Assembly (NCBI GenBank): GCA_001643675.2
Contig: LSRY02000067.1
Coordinates: 186,001-250,000 of the forward strand
Reading direction: 5' to 3'
Origin: Monocercomonoides exilis PA203
Lineage: Eukaryota; Protista; Preaxostyla
Length of the DNA stretch: 64,000 nt
Shown here: in pieces, positions 27,279-39,010 of the stretch
Layout: every line of letters starts with the position of its first letter
How positions within the stretch are numbered: position 1 is the first letter of the stretch
Notes under the pieces: model-generated
The model's database searches: none
What the model was told of the DNA's origin: nothing
The model's input: the letters and a program-made list of their open reading frames with translations, nothing else
Position numbers and translations under genes: made by a program

Positions 27279-27519
27279 TGTCTAAATTTTTTTGAAAAGT
27301 TCCATTTGTTTAATTTTCAAAAAAATAAGAAATTCGAATTTCGATCAAATTTCTGTTTTAACTCACCAAATTATGCTGTTATAAGAACTAAATATTGACA
27401 ATTTTATAATTTCAATTTTTGAGAAGTTTCGTGAGTGGGAACAAAAATTTAACAAAAATATGAAATTTTTATTTTATTTGAAAATTTAACAAAAGGAACT
27501 TTTCAAAAAAATTTAGACA
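27279..27519. mobile_element. 241-bp MITE, TGT...ACA termini, 4-bp TSD AATA (Ginger-like signature)
   Basis: TIR tgtctaaatttttttgaaaagttcc / ggaacttttcaaaaaaatttagaca; aata at 27275-27278 and 27520-27523. Confidence 0.8.
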
Positions 27520-27953
27520 AATAGGTCCTTTTTTTTGAAATACGAATGAGGTCACAAAACATTTTGTAATTATTGCAATGATGTTTGTTTATAGATATGA
27601 AAATCTAATTTATTTTGAAATCTGATAAAATTTAATAATGTTATAAGTGAAACGATTTTTTCATGCTTTGTGCAAAAAAAGCTTGAAAGTCCGTATTTTC
27701 CCCAAATTATTCGAACATTTATTGCAATCAGAAAGTCAAATTGCACTTTTCAATGAAACGCTTTTTGGATAATATGAAAATATGTTTTGATTTTTTTTTC
27801 TACTGTGGGATTTCACTGTCAGACATAAAGAACTAAAAAAAAAAAAAAAAAATAAAAATTATTTAATATTTCGGAATGCTAACTGTTTGAAGCTTTTTAA
27901 AAAATAACGATTTAACAATTCAATTGAAAATTCAATTTCTGATTAAAGAAATA

Positions 27954-28863
27954 CACCAAAAATAATTCTATTTCGATAATTAATAATTCAATTTCGGAAT
28001 TAATAATTCGATTTCGAAAAAAAATATTTCAAATTCGGAATTAATAATTCGAATTCGAAAAAAATAATTCAAATTCGGAATTAATAATTCATTATCGAAA
28101 TTAGAAAATTAAGTTTCGAAAATAAATAATTCAAATTCGGAATTAATAATTCAATTTTGTAATTTATTAATTCGATTTCGAAAAAGAATATTTCAAATTC
28201 GGAATTAATAATTCGAATTCGAAAAAAAATAATTCGATTTCGGAAATAATAATTCAAAATCGAAAATTAATATTTCAATTTCGAAATTCATTTAAAACTG
28301 AAATTTTTAATTTTTCTCGAGAAGGGATTTCAGAAAAGTTCAAGTCATTTTTTAACCAATCAAATATTATTTCTCAAAGAAAACTGTTTTTTTTATTACA
28401 ACAATCAATAAATCAATTTTTTGAATTTTTATTCTTCATTTTCGAAAATAATCACTGAAATGATAGAAATTTCAAAAAAATTCATTCTATTGAATAACCA
28501 ATTAAAAACTGCAAATAATCAATCACAATTTATTGAATAACAAAAAATAAGATTTTTTTTCACAATTATATTTTTTTTTTTTGTTTCTTTGGAGTTAAAA
28601 TAGAAAAACATCTATTTTTTATATGAATATGAATTACTTTTCTTTTTGAATAAACTCCAATCATATTTTTTCAATAAAAAGGAATGAATATTTTTTTATT
28701 TGAGAACACATCATTTATCAAATATAGACAAACAAAGTGAATTGAGGAAATAAAAATAAAGAGAATTTAAAACCCAAAACACAAGTTATTCATCACATAA
28801 ATCAAAAAAATATTCATTTTCGATTTTGAATTATTTTTTTTCGAATTTGAATTATTTTTGGTG
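27954..28863. mobile_element. Non-autonomous CAC...GTG element with subterminal tandem repeats (CMC/CACTA-like), TA flanks
   Basis: TIR caccaaaaataattc / gaattatttttggtg; TA on both sides; ~16 copies of a ~20-bp repeat on the left, 2-3 inverted copies on the right. Confidence 0.7.
27961..28289 (+). repeat. Tandem array of a ~20-21 bp unit AATAATTCRAWTTCGRAAWT (~16 copies)
   Basis: Directly visible; includes a higher-order duplicated ~60-bp block (~28009-28070 and ~28173-28236). Confidence 0.85.
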
Positions 28864-29586
28864 TATATGATATGAATAATGTTTTCATTTTTGAAGACTT
28901 TTTCATAGTGTTAAAGAAAGAAACTATTTTTGTTCCAAATAATGGTGATAATTTTTGAATCCATATATTTCATACAAAAATTTCGGTTTGAGAATTCACT
29001 TTGGATATCGAAAAATAAACATTGAAAAGTCAAACCTTCGTTATAAGACAGTTTTTTGATGAATATAATCTCAGACATCGTTATTTTAAACAATAATCAA
29101 AATTTTTTTATTCTTTTTAGAGAATAATTACTCTCCTAAAAAAATTGAACTTTTGAACAACAACACTCCGAAAATAGTTATGATTTCTTTTATAATATCC
29201 CATATTTCTCTTCATTTATATTTTTTTCAATTTATTTTTATGCATGTTTTTTGAATATTTTTAAATGAGAATATATAAGGATTATTTCTTTAATAATCGA
29301 AATTTGATAATTTTTTGTTTTTCTCAGAAAAGGAAAGATGGTGAAGTGTCTTCAACACGTTTTAACATTTCATCAAGTGATTTAACATTTATATGTTTAT
29401 CAATTAATTTTTTTATATTTTTTCAAAATTTCATAATTCAAATAACAATTTGATCATTTAACAAAATCAAAAGTGTTTTATTTTCTCTCTATTTGTGATG
29501 TAAATTTTATAAGAAGAATGTTTGTTTTCTGAATAAATATCATGAATTAACTTTTGATGTGTGAAAAACATGCTTGAGAAATTATT

Positions 29587-29835
29587 TGTTCTGATTTTTT
29601 CAGGAAAGTTCCTTTAACATAGTTTTTGAATTTTCAGTAAAATCATAAATTTTAACGAAATTCTTTTCCCACTCACAAAATTTCTCAAAAATGATAATTC
29701 GTTCTAGGTCACGAAATAATTTCCGTCAATGATATTTAATTTTGACAGAGGAATTATTCGTTTGATAAAATTTAGCGAGATTTTTTAATTCTTGAAAATT
29801 TAACTGGAGGAACTTTTCGCAAAAATCAGGAAATA
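29587..29835. mobile_element. Diverged second copy of the 27279-27519 MITE family, opposite orientation
   Basis: ttcccactcacaaaatttctcaaaaat matches the reverse complement of atttttgagaagtttcgtgagtgggaa (~27415-27441); TIR cores aaagttcc / ggaacttt. Confidence 0.55.
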
Positions 29836-29937
29836 ATGTTGTGAAAGATGTTTTTCTCAGTTTATCAAAAAAAGATTATTGTTGTAATATTTTTTGTAAG
29901 AAAAATATCAAATTCTCTTCTCAGATATCCGATATTA

Positions 29938-30386
29938 CAGACAGAACCGGATATAATCACGTCGAATATAATCACATTCGTATATTGTCACATTTTTTGA
30001 TGCACCGACATTTTTGTCCAATTTTTGATTCATTTTCCATCGCATATTGTCACAGGGCTGAAAATATATAATCACATTTTTAATTATAATGGGTTATTTT
30101 TTCAATGAAAAATCGATTTTTTGATCGAAAATATCAATTTTTCACTTTTTCAAAATTATGTTTTTTTAGTCTGAATAACAAAATGAAACATAAAAAATTG
30201 CTATTTCGATTGAAAAATATGTATTTGCGAAGAATTTTCAAAAATAAAAAAATTGACCATTAATAAATTAATTTATTTATTAATTTTTATTTTTTTCTGT
30301 GTTAAGCAGCGTCGTGTGTAATCACAATCGGATATAGTCACAAAAAGTTGTGCAAAACTCGATGTGATTATATCCTGGTTAGACTG
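29938..30386. mobile_element. Tc1/mariner-pogo-type MITE, CAG...CTG termini, TA TSD
   Basis: ta|cagacagaaccggatataatcacgtc ... gatgtgattatatcctggttagactg|ta; internal repeats of atataatcac. Confidence 0.75.
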
Positions 30387-30409
30387 TATTGCAGAAACAC
30401 CAAAATTAT

Positions 30410-31567
30410 TCAACTCCAAAATAATCGAAATGAATGATGGCAATTTATATCCTTCTTGACAATCGCAATAAAATGACCTTGTTCCAATATATCTGTTGAG
30501 TGTTTAATGCAACCAACCAAATCATAAACGACAGATCCCTCAATGTCATACAAAATCAAATCCCTTTCTTATTTTTATTTAAATGGGTTTGAAATTTCCA
30601 AGTCATTCGGTACCTGTCCCTTTTCAACAAACACAAAAGATTTTAGGAATGCGAAAACCCGAACAGTTTCTATGACATTGTGATTAATTGACAGAATTTC
30701 TGGGAATGAAACGAAATGCACGAACGGAATGCAAGGTTGGTCCGTTTCACACCTATTACACCTTCGATTTCGTTGTTCTGTGATAAGATTAATGTTTGTT
30801 AGTAATTTTAACAAGATTTCGATAATGTCAGATCCATTTACAGTGAAATAATACCTTGTTTCACGATCCGAGACAAAGAAATTTTCACAATGAGTGCATT
30901 TACGAACGTTTTGGCTGAAGATTGAAAACATATGATAGATTTTAATCTTTTTATCCGACAACATATCCAACATTTGATCAAAAACATCAGTCAGTTTTTG
31001 TGCCACATTTCTTGGTCCAATTTTCAATTCGTAAAAGTTCCATATAGCTGTTCCATTCCAAACATTGCTGTTCTTTTTTGACTTCCGGAGCATTTCGAAT
31101 AATTGAATGAACTCTGCTTGTTCATTGTTCATCATTGCAACTTGATTGCTGTTTATGTCATGTGCAGCGAAACATTGACAAATAGAAGATAATGAACAGA
31201 CACTTCCTTTGTTCACAAGACATTTTTTTTGATTCCAATTGTTGCAACACACATAAACGTGATTTCTCTTCAATTTCATCATCCCGTTTGAGTGCATTTG
31301 AAAACGGTTTTTGTAGTTCATTTGAATCTTTCTTTCTTTTTTCCATATTTTCTTCAGCTTCAAATTGATTACTATTAAGATAATCAATTGTTCTTTCAAT
31401 TGAAGAAGATGAGAGAGATGTTTTTTCATTTGGAGCAGATGGTTATTGTGAGTTAGATGATTGTTATGCAGCAAATGATGGAAAATTTTGCAGAGAGGAA
31501 AAGTTAACTCTTTATTCAAATCAAATTTTGTTTCTTTAAAATTTGAAAACGACTGTTTTTGCAACAT
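30410..31567 (-). pseudogene. Ubiquitin-specific protease (peptidase C19)-like gene, decayed
   Basis: Cys-box-like CLVNKGSVCSLSSICQ, finger CTHC...CNRC, FPEILSI; beyond the stops a His-box-like YDLVGCIKHSTDILEQGHFIAIVKK (~30530-30455). Confidence 0.6.
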
Positions 31568-32625
31568 TTAAGAACCAAATGATGATGATTTCAATGATAA
31601 AAAATATTAAGATATTTAAAATGCAGTTGAAGTTGAAGAAGAAGAGGATCAAAAGAACGATTTTTCAACTATTGGAGTCTTTTTCGAAGGTTTCTTCTTG
31701 TTAGAAAAGAGTCGGAAAAACATTTTCTATGAAAGAGATGAACAATTCAAAGTTCTTGCAAATGAAGGTTAAAGGAAGTCAAAATGCAATTATTGGAAGA
31801 TGAAAAAAAAGTGTTATGAAGAAGATGAGGAGGAGGAAATGAAAATTTTTATATGGAAGAACATCTGATGATTCTGGAGTAGTCAAAAAAAATGAATCGA
31901 GTTGTTTAATGTTGAGATATTATTTGGCTGTTTGGAGGGATGTGCTGTTGTTGGAGAAGACTCGAAAAAAATATGTAACGAAGAAATCAAATGAAGAGAA
32001 ATTCTTGAAGAAAAATGCTGAAAAGAAGAATAACTCGTTGAAGAAAAAGGAACATATGAGAATAATGGAAATGTGTTGAAAGGAGAGTCAGGTGAAATGG
32101 AAGGCGGAGATGAGAAAGGAGAAGGAAATGAAGTCAACCATGAAGAAAAAGACTGAACATGAAGAGGGTAAAATGAAGATGCTTCTTTTCCACTATCTTC
32201 TTCGTCATATCTCTTGTTCGATGATATCTCACTTTCATCATCAAAACTGAGTAAAAATTCCTCACTAATATTTTCATTTATTTCACTTCTTCTGCATGAA
32301 TTTTCTTTCGGAAGCAGTTTCCTTTTTCTGTGTTGAATCCAATAAGCATCATCACTTAAGGATATTTCTATATTGTATCCGTATTCATTTCGTAATTCCT
32401 TTTGTGCATAATTTTCAGTTAAAGCAATAATCATCATATTCTTGATGGGAGCAGAAGCATCATTGAACGCAAACTACAATTCTTTCACAAGACATGTGAG
32501 AGGTGCTGCATTGATTCATTTCAACAGACAGATATCGAAAGAAAAAAAATCAGAAAAACAAAAAGACGAAACAGAAAAGCAAATACAAGGAAATAATTTT
32601 TTTGATTAAAAAAATAAAAATATAT

Positions 32626-32865
32626 GGGTAATTCTTTTTGAAAAGTCACAAATGTTCAATTTTCAAATAAATCAAAATTTTCATATTTTGATAAATATGT
32701 TGTTTACAAATATCAAACTTAACTTAAATGGAATCTCCTTTTGGATAATGCTATTCTATGCAGTCAAGAGAATCAACGTTAATGTTAATAGAAATTAGAG
32801 AAAAATACGAAGATTTAACATTATTTGAAAATTAAACATTTGCGACTTTTCAAAAAGAATCACCC
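32626..32865. mobile_element. 240-bp MITE, GGG...CCC termini, ATAT flanks
   Basis: TIR gggtaattctttttgaaaagtcaca / tgcgacttttcaaaaagaatcaccc; atat on both sides. Confidence 0.8.
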
Positions 32866-33631
32866 ATATATGTACATATAAAAAGACATGCAGTTTGGTG
32901 ATTTCATGGACTCAAGATAAAATGATTTTCCTAAATCGTTTTCGTTCACAAAATACGTGAACGCAACAAAGGCTCTTTCATAAAGCATATTTTGTTGCAA
33001 CTTTTCGAGGCGATCCACATCTGCTTTAATAGATTTCCTGCTCATTCCAAGATTTCTTTGCCAGTATTGAACTGTGAAAATATTTTTCTCAACAATCGAT
33101 TTTGAAACAAAAATGCAAATATTTTCAAGATTCAAAACGATAAAAAAAAAGGAAGGAAGGAAAAAGCTGCTTTAAGATTGATCAACAAATCGATGCTTCA
33201 AAAAAGTTAAACAAAATAAAAAAAGTTCATTTTTAAGTTTAGAAAGTTAAGTGATCGTTTTGTGTTGATTAGTTTAAAAATGATTTAAAATCTGCATTCA
33301 TTAATATTGGGTGATTTTTTTTTTGAAATCGTAACATTTTTCGGTGTATTGTTTTTTTAAAGGTTTTGCATCAATCATAAAATTATTCTCTCGCAGATGA
33401 TAAATGAAACAGAATAAGAACATAAGCTTAAGTTCAATTTGAAAAAAATTTTTTTTGATTTTTTTATAATTATCAATATAAAAAAAAATTTATAATTTCT
33501 TCAATCTTCATTCACACATTTTTTCCTTCAGTCTTTTTCTTAACAAACAAAAAAGATTATGACACATACTGAAAATATAAAACACACTTATGAAAAAAAA
33601 CAAAAAGGAATGATTTCATATTCAAAGATAT

Positions 33632-33888
33632 GGGTGATTATTTTGAAAAGAATATTTTTTCTTTTAAAATATTCGGTTCAAAAATTTCACTTGAACATTA
33701 AAAAAGAATATTGAAAATGGAAAACACTAACAAATTACATCATCATTTTTATTTCAACTTCAACATTTGTGATTGTAATGATTATAATTAAATTTATCAT
33801 CAAAATACAAAATTTCTTTTCAGTGACAAACAACCTTTGAAAAATCAACACCCCGAAAAAATAGATGGTTTCAAAAATTATCATTCTC
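33632..33888. mobile_element. ~257-bp MITE of the GGG/ATAT group
   Basis: atat|gggtgattattttgaaaag ... caccccgaaaaaatagatggtttcaaaaattatcattctc|atat; reverse-complement homologue of 57968-58222. Confidence 0.65.
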
Positions 33889-34744
33889 ATATATTTTTTA
33901 TCCCATTCATAAAATAAAAATAATTTTTAATTCATTAATTTATCAATTAAACATTTTAATAAAATGTTAATGATATTTAAAAAACTTTAAAAAAATATAT
34001 TTCTTATTTTCTTTGATATAACAAAGAATTTTTTATTTTTTATTCAAAAATTTAACTAAATATTTTAATATATATTGTTGAATAACTGAAAAGTTTGTTT
34101 TATTTTATAAAATAATTAATTAATTAATTCATATTAAAAACACTATTGTTCATTTTAAATAATATTTACATGTATTGAAATCTATTTATTGTTTATTAAT
34201 CAAATAAATTTTTTATAAATATAATGTTATCATTTCTTTATATTAAAATTAATTGATAAAAAAATTTTGCAAAAAAGATCGAAAGAAAGAATCAATTTTT
34301 AAGCCAAATATGCTATTTATATATCTAGAATTTTGATATAAAACAGTTCGTTTCAAAGGTTAACATTTATTTAATTAATGTTTTTAACTTATCTATTAAA
34401 ATAGTTTGAAAGGATCAAGTTACCATCAGCATATATAGTTTTTTTATTGTTATAATTGGTAATAGTGAAACTTATAATTTTAAATAATTTTGGTATTTGT
34501 TTATTAGGTTAATATCAACATAAAAAACGAAGTTCAAAATTATAAAAAATATTGTTTGATATTTCTTCAAAATCTATTTTTTGGTATATATCAAATAAGT
34601 TTTTTTTTTCTAATTATTTTAAGTTGTACATAATTAATTCTTTTTTATGCATTAATTAATTATTCTTACCCTTTCATCAAGGAAGTGTTGTTCAATGGTT
34701 ATTTTTTCCTAAAAATGCAAAGCAGCAAATTTTTTGTTACAGCG

Positions 34745-36059
34745 TTACAGAAGGTTCCTTTGGAAGTGTTGATAATACTGAATGCCACTCGTTTGAAAGC
34801 ACTCCGTTTTCCTTGAACGAAGAAACAACAGTTGCAGGAAGAAATGCTGTCTAAAGAGCTTGTGAGAGAACGTTGGAAATGGCCTCACGTTAAAGAGAAA
34901 TGGAAGAAACCGGAGACACAGAGTATAGAGAGTTGATGCATTTTTTGAAGACTGCAAACACACCACGATCATGAGGTTGTGTGATGTGTGAACTGTGTGG
35001 AATAAAAGTGACGACGTCAATGTTGTTATCAGTAAATTTCTGCCATACGTCAGGCTGAGCCCGAGATGAGTGAGAATTTAAAAGAAGAAGACATCTCTCA
35101 TTAATTTTCATTAATATTTTCCTTCTTTCGATGATTCCAGTTAATAAAACCTCTTCTGCGTATCTTTGAAATATGCTTTCCGTCATCCATCCATCGTTGT
35201 TATCCCAATCATCAATGAATGCGCTCAGAAGAACTCGCATTTCCTTTGGTAATTTGTGGCATGGCCACAACACAATGCTTTTGAGAGAATATCCATCTGC
35301 AGCAGCTGTTATAACCAAAGTGGCATTTGGCATGTTTGTGGGTGTTGTATGAAATACAGCTGGAACTCCTGTGGGGTGAATCACAAGAGTTTTGAAGGAA
35401 TCCGATAAGCGGAGTGAAGATTCATCGGTGTTAAAAATTAAAGAAGGTGAATAATGATGTGAATTGTGAAGATTTTGCAGAAGCTCGTAGAAAGGAAGAA
35501 GAGCTTGTTGATTGGATACTGAAAGACGTTGGATATCCACATTTCTGGGCATAGAAGCTTTGAGCTCAGAATTCCTTTTTGCAAATAGATATGGATATGA
35601 TTTGGACACACTGGTGGTTTCATCAACATCAGTTTCTGATCGTCTTTTTTTGTCGGAAAGGACGGATTCCATCTGAAAAATATTTATAATTATAAACGAA
35701 AGATAAATAAATGTGAAATCAAACTAATTCTCTTGTTCTCTTTGCATTTAAACTTGTTCCGGATAAACTTTCGATTTTAATAACTCCAACAATTATATTT
35801 TTGTCCTCTTCATTGAATAGTTCTGGCCTGCCAGGTGTTGCAACAGCTCTGCCGCTTTCAATTTCTGAAACTGCTTTGATAACTGCAGAAAGAGAGAATT
35901 CTTTGGTGTTTATTGTATCAAAAATTCGAACATTGCAATCAACAACAATTCGCAACATGCGTTCTTAACGATTTTCAATTCTTCAATATTCGAATAATAT
36001 CATTTTAGCTCAACGATTTAACTGACCTCATTCTTTTCAATTCTTCACAACATTTTCAT
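34745..36059 (-). pseudogene. pogo/Tc5-type (DDE_1, CENP-B-related) transposase with a 52-nt intron, decayed
   Basis: TPGRPELF, IFNTDESSL, ITAAADG, GWMTESIF, LLLLNSHSSR (catalytic D to N), SSHITQPHDRGVF; GT-AG intron 35673-35724 joins ORFs 35719-35958 and 34890-35672. Confidence 0.85.
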
Positions 36060-38210
36060 GAAAAGAAAAATTGATTATGATCTTTTTCCATTTGGAGGAA
36101 AATATGGACTTTCAAGCTTTTTATGCATAATGCAAAAAATGTTTGTTTCGCTCATAACTTTGTTTTGATCCCTCAGATTTGAAAATAAATTTGTATTTAA
36201 TATCCGCAAACAGGCATCATTGAAATCAAAACATAAAGAAATGTGACATTCCACGAATGTCTGAAAACTTTTCCATTTAAATTGCATTTTTTGATCACAA
36301 AAAGTCAATGAAAAGTGCAAATTTTTTCTATGAAAATGCCTGAAGTGAAATATTTTCCACCATTTTGTTAAAAAAAACCATTTTTGAAATAAAAAGAACA
36401 TTTTGAAAAAATTTTCTCTTTGATCATTTTCTTTCTTTTAAATTGCCGTAATCATAACCTTATCTCCTCGGGGGAGGCACTCATCAGAGATGGAGGAGCT
36501 AACCCCCCACATCTCTCTCCCCATTAGAGATAAGGAATAGAAATTATTTCTTAATAAGTTATCACTTCCTTTTCCTTTATATCGAAAACAGAAGTTAAAT
36601 AGTGTGTTTAAGAAAAATTATCATCAAACATAATCGGAATTTTAAACATCAAAATTCACTTTGATCGTTGATCAATAAACATTCAAATATTATGACTTCA
36701 TTCAAACGTAATTTTGAATGAATTTGATCTCAAACATCGTCCTTTTTAACAATTATCATGAATTATATATATATATATATATTAATTGAAAAAATAATTT
36801 TTTTCCCATGAAATAAAACGTTTAAAGAATAAACACTTGGAAATGAGTCATGATTTCAAAAATAATCACTCACATGACAAAAATTGAAATGAGAAAGAAA
36901 TGAGAATCCAAAAATGAAAAACTCACAAGTGGAATTCTTATATCTTCTTCAACTGAAAGGCCAAAAGCTGGTGCTTGTGCAAAAACTTTCACACTTGGCA
37001 CTTTCTTTCGAAATACTCATCCAAATTCTGAAATGTGAAAGCCCTTTGCATTTTGATGAAACAAGAAATTTTTATTTGAACAACATCTTGGATTTCGACT
37101 GGAAAATCAAGAATTAAAATTTTCAGAAAAAAAAGTGTTTCATCAATTCCTTCTCTTGTTTGAGAGAAGCTACAATCTATCGGTCAGTCTCCACATTTGA
37201 TCAATGATGTCAACTTCACAATTCCCTCCGATTGTTGGACTTTAGTCGTTGGCTGATTCTGCAGTGCAGCACAGCAGGGAGCAAAGCCAACCAGAGATCT
37301 TGTCTCAACCGAACATCTTTTCTTCCTCTTCAATTTTCTCACCTTCATCATCTGATAGTTTTGAACAGGAGGTGACCCCTTCAGCTGGCAGGAAAGAAAA
37401 TGAAAATAACTTTGATATATCCCAACTTATATATCAGGAGTTTATGGACATTTTTGGACAGTCGCCAAATCATTCAATTTTTGATCGAAGGCTTTCCCCA
37501 AGATTCGTTCAAGATGTTGTTGAGGAGAATGCAACACAGGATTTTAGCCTGTTGTAATCTCTTGAACCTCCAGCAGCCAAGAGAACAACAAACGAAATTA
37601 ACGATGCATTTGATCAAACAGGTTACAAGGTGGAGATTTTTCTTTTCCAGGCAATTGATGCTGCGCTCATTGGCTCAGCCGAGATACCGACTTTAAGTGA
37701 AGGTGCAAAACAAAGATTGGCTTTCATCTTGATAAAGATTACCAAGGCTCTTCAAGAGGCACGAACGGTTCGAATTCAAGGCAGGTTTGGTTTTAGGGCT
37801 GCCACAACGATGAGAACAGACGCTTCTTCAAAAATCTTCATAGAGAGATAGGAACTGGTTCTCAAAGAAACAAGGCAATGAGCCAAGCTTGAAAGAGGCT
37901 TCCAAAGACCAGCACTTCCTATTATGCGAGTTCAGGCCCATGTTAAAAAACAACCAGGTGCACTTTAAAGATAATTAGGTTATTCCATTTCTCGTACAAA
38001 CCCACGGTTTTTTCGGAGATACCCCAGGTCCTCAGCCCTCTCAAGAAGATATCAATTCGAAAGAAGGAGGAGCCAGAGCAGTTGGGACAGGAGACCAAGG
38101 AGGCGTAAACAATTTTAGGTCCAAAACACAAGGAAACAGAGCAGAGGAGGTAGATAGGAGGGAGAACCGTTTTGATTATCTCTTAATGTGAACGAATCGG
38201 AGGAGAAAAA

Positions 38211-39010
38211 TTGAAAAGCAGAGGAGTGCAGGCCAGGTGGAGAAGCAAGCAAGACAGAAAATCTCTCAGCCAAGTGCAGTTCAGAGACGTAGAGTTGCTC
38301 CTCAACCAACAAAAAATCCAGGAATTCAAGATGATATTAGAAGAACAAATACGAACAGGAGTCATTATCCCGATGGAGCAGAAGGATGTGAAATACAGAA
38401 ACAATATCTTCCTCATTCAAAAGAAGTCAGGCAGCTGGAGACAAATTCTCGATTGTCGGAAACTAAATGCAGTGGTGAAAGGAACACATATCAAGTGCGA
38501 CGTAGAGAAAACAGTGGAACGACTAATAAGACTGAAAGATTACGCAGTATCCCTAGATTTGGAACAAGCTTATTATTTGATTCCAGTTTCAAGAGAACTT
38601 ATTCCCTATCTTGCTTTCAGATTCATGGGAAAAGACTGCTCCTTCAAAGGCATTCCATTCGGCTTTGTTGATGCACTACGCCTATTCACACACATAATGA
38701 GGAAGGTGACAGCGGAGATAAGAAGAAGATGTGATGTCAAAGTCGTTGCCTATTTGGACGATCTTCTTTTTCTTCGTGAAGATCAAGTCGAAAATAAATT
38801 GATTCGAAAACCTTCTTGTTTTTAGAAAGCCTTGGTCTTCTGATCAACAAAAAAAAATGCAACCTCATACCCAGTTCGCAGTTCAGCTTCCTGGGATACG
38901 AATGGAACACAACAAGCTTAGATGTGTGCCTAAAGGAAAAAAGAAAAAAGGCATTGCGAGAGCTGTGTCGCTAGTGGGAGAGAAGGTGTTTAAGAGACAA
39001 GACTGTCAGA
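38211..39010 (+). pseudogene. DIRS reverse transcriptase (5' part, interrupted by insertion)
   Basis: FLIQKKSGSWRQILDCRKLN, SLDLEQAYYLIP, FKGIPFG, VAYLDDLLF; frameshifts after ~38800. Confidence 0.9.

Noticed and set aside
27961-28289. CRISPR-like array
   Set aside because: Units are contiguous with no unique spacers, there are no cas genes, the context is eukaryotic, and the array is explained as subterminal TE repeats.
31883-33135. ORFs 31883-32437 and 32860-33135
   Set aside because: Low complexity or short; may belong to the adjacent relics but cannot be assigned.
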